A stretch of 64,000 nucleotides of DNA, taken from positions 198,154,001 through 198,218,000 of the forward strand of contig NC_086097.1 in NCBI RefSeq assembly GCF_963921235.1, given 5' to 3'. Shown piece after piece: positions 62,143 through 64,000 of the stretch (the first letter of the stretch is position 1; each line of letters starts with the position of its first letter). The notes beneath the pieces were generated by a model. The model saw nothing but the letters and a program-made list of their open reading frames with translations, did no database searches and had not been told where the DNA came from. This stretch comes from Mobula hypostoma (lineage: Eukaryota). Position numbers and translations under genes: made by a program.

Positions 62143-64000
62143 AAATCCTTTTGGAATTGTTGCTGAAATACAAACATTGGTCAGTGCACCTAGGATCCTC
62201 ATAAGATTAATTTCAGTGATAGAAAGACAACTTTACATTTTGTTGAACAAATGGGATTTTCGACTTAACTTGCATTGCTACGTGAGTGCCATTCATTGTA
62301 TCCTAATTATTGAAAAATCACACAAATTGATTGAAGATAACACAATACTGTCATGTTATTGACCTAAATGAACTCTCAACATACTGAAGAGTGCTCCCTG
62401 AACTGGCCTCTGGCTGATATCAAAGAGTTGGTGAGCTAAATTTTAACAGTTCTGGTGTTGTATACATGTCTATGATTAAATTACAATTAAACTTGGACTT
62501 GAATTTTTATAATAAATAGCAGAAATATTCTGGCAAATGTTCATCTGTAGAGCAGTACCGATATCACTTTCCTATAGCCTCTTTTGTGAAGTGAAGTGTA
62601 CTATTTCTCATCCTGAATAGCTTGCTTCAATTTTCAGAAATTTGGGTGACCTGTAAATAGAGAGTGGGAATGCACTTGCATGCATTGTAAAAATGTACTC
62701 CTCTATTTTCTTTAACAGGTTCCTACCTTCAAACCCAATTAATGGAGAGTATATAAACATGAAGAACACTGGAGAACTTCTAGTATATGTATATATAACT
62801 GGTTATTCAAGTACTACACCACACTTGTGGGCAAATGTTATGTGCTTCCTCCTGCTTGAAACAAAAGGATGATTCACATATACACATTAATTACTGAATT
62901 AAAGCATTCACAGATTTTCCAAATCCCATTGTTTTTCTCAAAGATAACTTGCATCCTTAGATAGTTTTCCCCTTTCTTGGCTTGTTGAAGCTATCACCTC
63001 TTGCCGCAGTTTGGGAGGATCTCAAGATATTTATTTCACAGACTTCACTGAATCCGGAATAGGCTCGCATTTATAATTCCCTAATATTCTCTTACATCTC
63101 CTGCTGGAATTAAATGCCTTATGCATACACTTCTGATTACATCCCCTATTTCCACAAGACAGCTCTTTGTACTTTATCACTCCGACATCCCTCAGATCTG
63201 GTAACTAGTTTTGACGCACAAGCTCCATCACATTATTTGAATCACTTTTCTCCATGGCTGCATCATAACTTCACTTCCTTCTCAACTATCTCTCTACCAC
63301 CTTCAAGATATGGCTGAACGAAGCTACTTTGTAGTAATAGTTGAGAACCCACTACTCAATTAGCAGGAATATGATATGTTGTGAAAAATGGTTTTATTTT
63401 ATAAATTGATTGCTGAACCCATGGTTAGACTTGAGCAGGTTGCAACATTTGTTTTATTGTGCTTCTTCAATAATTCTCACCGATCCCTCAGCGGCTCCAT
63501 GTAATAGTAGATGATGTGGCTAAATAATACAGAGCAGACGTAAGAGATTGCAGATGCTGCAATCTGGATCAAAAAAACAAACTGCTGGAGAAGCTCTGCC
63601 AAAACATTGAACCAACCTTTTGACTCCACAGCTGGTGCTTGGCCACTTGTTTATTTTGTATTTGTTTCATGAAGAGATCAAATAGAAATGAATGAAAATC
63701 AGTGGTTATTATCTTAGGTTAGTTTATGGTAAACCATGAAATAAAGTGGATCTCAAATGTCTTCTCTTTTGTGGTACTGAATCCAACATTTTTCACTTGG
63801 GTCATTTTGAACGAACATGATTTCCAAGGTGTTATCAACACCTACCTTACAACAATTAATTTGCACTCTTCAGAAATGCCTTGTCATCCATCCCCAGCAC
63901 TTTTCATTGTGAGAGAACCCTTCCCTGCAACTTTTTCAAGTTCTTTATCCAATTCTTTCAAGCTCAAAACTTAGTGTAACAACCCATATCCGCCAGGTCA

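Noticed and set aside
62701..62873. Acceptor-like TTTTCTTTAACAG followed by about 50 open codons (FLPSNPINGEYINMK...)
   Set aside because: No recognisable protein, no strong donor and no partner exons on the + strand.

Overview
Eukaryotic, repeat-dominated, intronic or intergenic DNA. The repeat repertoire (CR1/HER1-type LINEs, HE1/V-type SINEs, Rex1/Babar LINEs, Penelope-derived termini) suggests a cartilaginous fish, probably a ray; this is inference. No intact host gene, RNA gene, CRISPR array or prokaryotic system can be supported, and nearly all listed ORFs are decayed transposon fragments or their antisense shadows. The window contains four + strand Gypsy proviruses (two CsRn1-type, one Mag-type, one chromodomain-bearing Sushi-type), two solo LTRs, many CR1 and Rex1 copies, a Hero-clade non-LTR fragment, a non-autonomous RTE-derived element, a hAT-Charlie derivative, a Chapaev3-like CMC transposon, a non-autonomous Helitron and several fold-back Penelope-derived inserts. 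Many have readable target-site duplications (TSDs), and nesting reaches four levels. The most notable signals are the Helitron carrying 23-aa STPR-like repeats, an intact -1 ribosomal frameshift cassette in a Gypsy, fold-back Penelope inserts with hammerhead-ribozyme cores, a young structured RTE-derived element resembling marsupial RTEs, and a locally templated repair insertion. Family names come from motif recognition, not from a database search.
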